The position numbers were made by a program, and so were the translations under genes. Positions 47,684-47,766 of a stretch of DNA of 47,766 nucleotides are shown here, in pieces. The notes beneath the pieces are model-generated. The model did not search any database and was not told the DNA's origin. It saw nothing but the letters and a program-made list of their open reading frames with translations. Numbering within the stretch: position 1 is the stretch's first letter; each line of letters starts with the position of its first letter. Origin of the DNA: a virus; IMG/VR virus record IMGVR_UViG_3300009100_000005. One strand, given 5' to 3'.

Positions 47684-47766
47684 AACTAAAGTAACTTTAG
47701 TAGGAGAATGATATGCAAAATGAAGAAGAGCTGAGACAAATCCTAGCTGGATTACAAGAAAGGCAA
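47644..47766. repeat. terminal overlap, identical to 1-123
   Basis: Same 123 nt as the window start; genome unit is 47,643 bp. Confidence 0.9.
47686..47700. repeat. junction palindrome CTAAAGTAACTTTAG
   Basis: Exact; the same physical copy as 43-57 (terminal overlap). Confidence 0.95.

Noticed and set aside
1-47766. Could the recurring 15-mer be a CRISPR array or its repeats?
   Set aside because: The repeat is only 15 bp. Spacing is irregular (18 nt to about 1.9 kb). Copies sit at gene junctions and inside conserved genes on a phage genome. No cas genes or leader are present.

Overview
The window is one complete dsDNA phage genome. Its first 123 nt are identical to its last 123 nt (1-123 = 47644-47766), giving a unit length of 47,643 bp, so it is either circularly closed or terminally redundant. 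There are two opposed gene blocks. The minus-strand block (about 5.4-28.1 kb) carries replication and early-type genes: family-A DNA polymerase, T7 gp4-like primase-helicase, a gp32-like SSB with a bacterial DDDIPF tail, a Cas4/RecB-like nuclease, MazG, a PC4-like protein, a ParB-like protein, three tandem winged-helix paralogues, a pentapeptide-repeat protein, an SPFH lipoprotein and many small proteins. The plus-strand block (about 29.5 kb through the junction to 5.4 kb) is a podovirus-like morphogenesis module: putative small terminase, large terminase, portal, scaffold, major capsid, tail proteins, two paralogous fibres and large putative internal proteins. It is interrupted by an outer-membrane beta-barrel moron and a roughly 650-nt structured RNA/tRNA island. 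I recognised no RNA polymerase, integrase or endolysin. The main unexplained signal is a 15-bp perfect palindrome, CTAAAGTWACTTTAG. I count about 66 copies by eye, roughly one per gene. The copies are built into gene junctions, with the upstream stop codon inside the motif and the Shine-Dalgarno fused to its 3' arm. The motif also occurs inside essential genes, always read as K-V-T-L, and an A/T-flanked variant is clustered in the non-coding region around the ParB-like gene. The second notable item is a tRNA-Arg(CCU)-like gene whose 3' half lies upstream of its 5' half (circularly permuted order), with base-pairing flanks, next to a normal tRNA-Tyr. Several other long structured non-coding elements are reported. 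All counts and coordinates were derived by eye and need computational confirmation.
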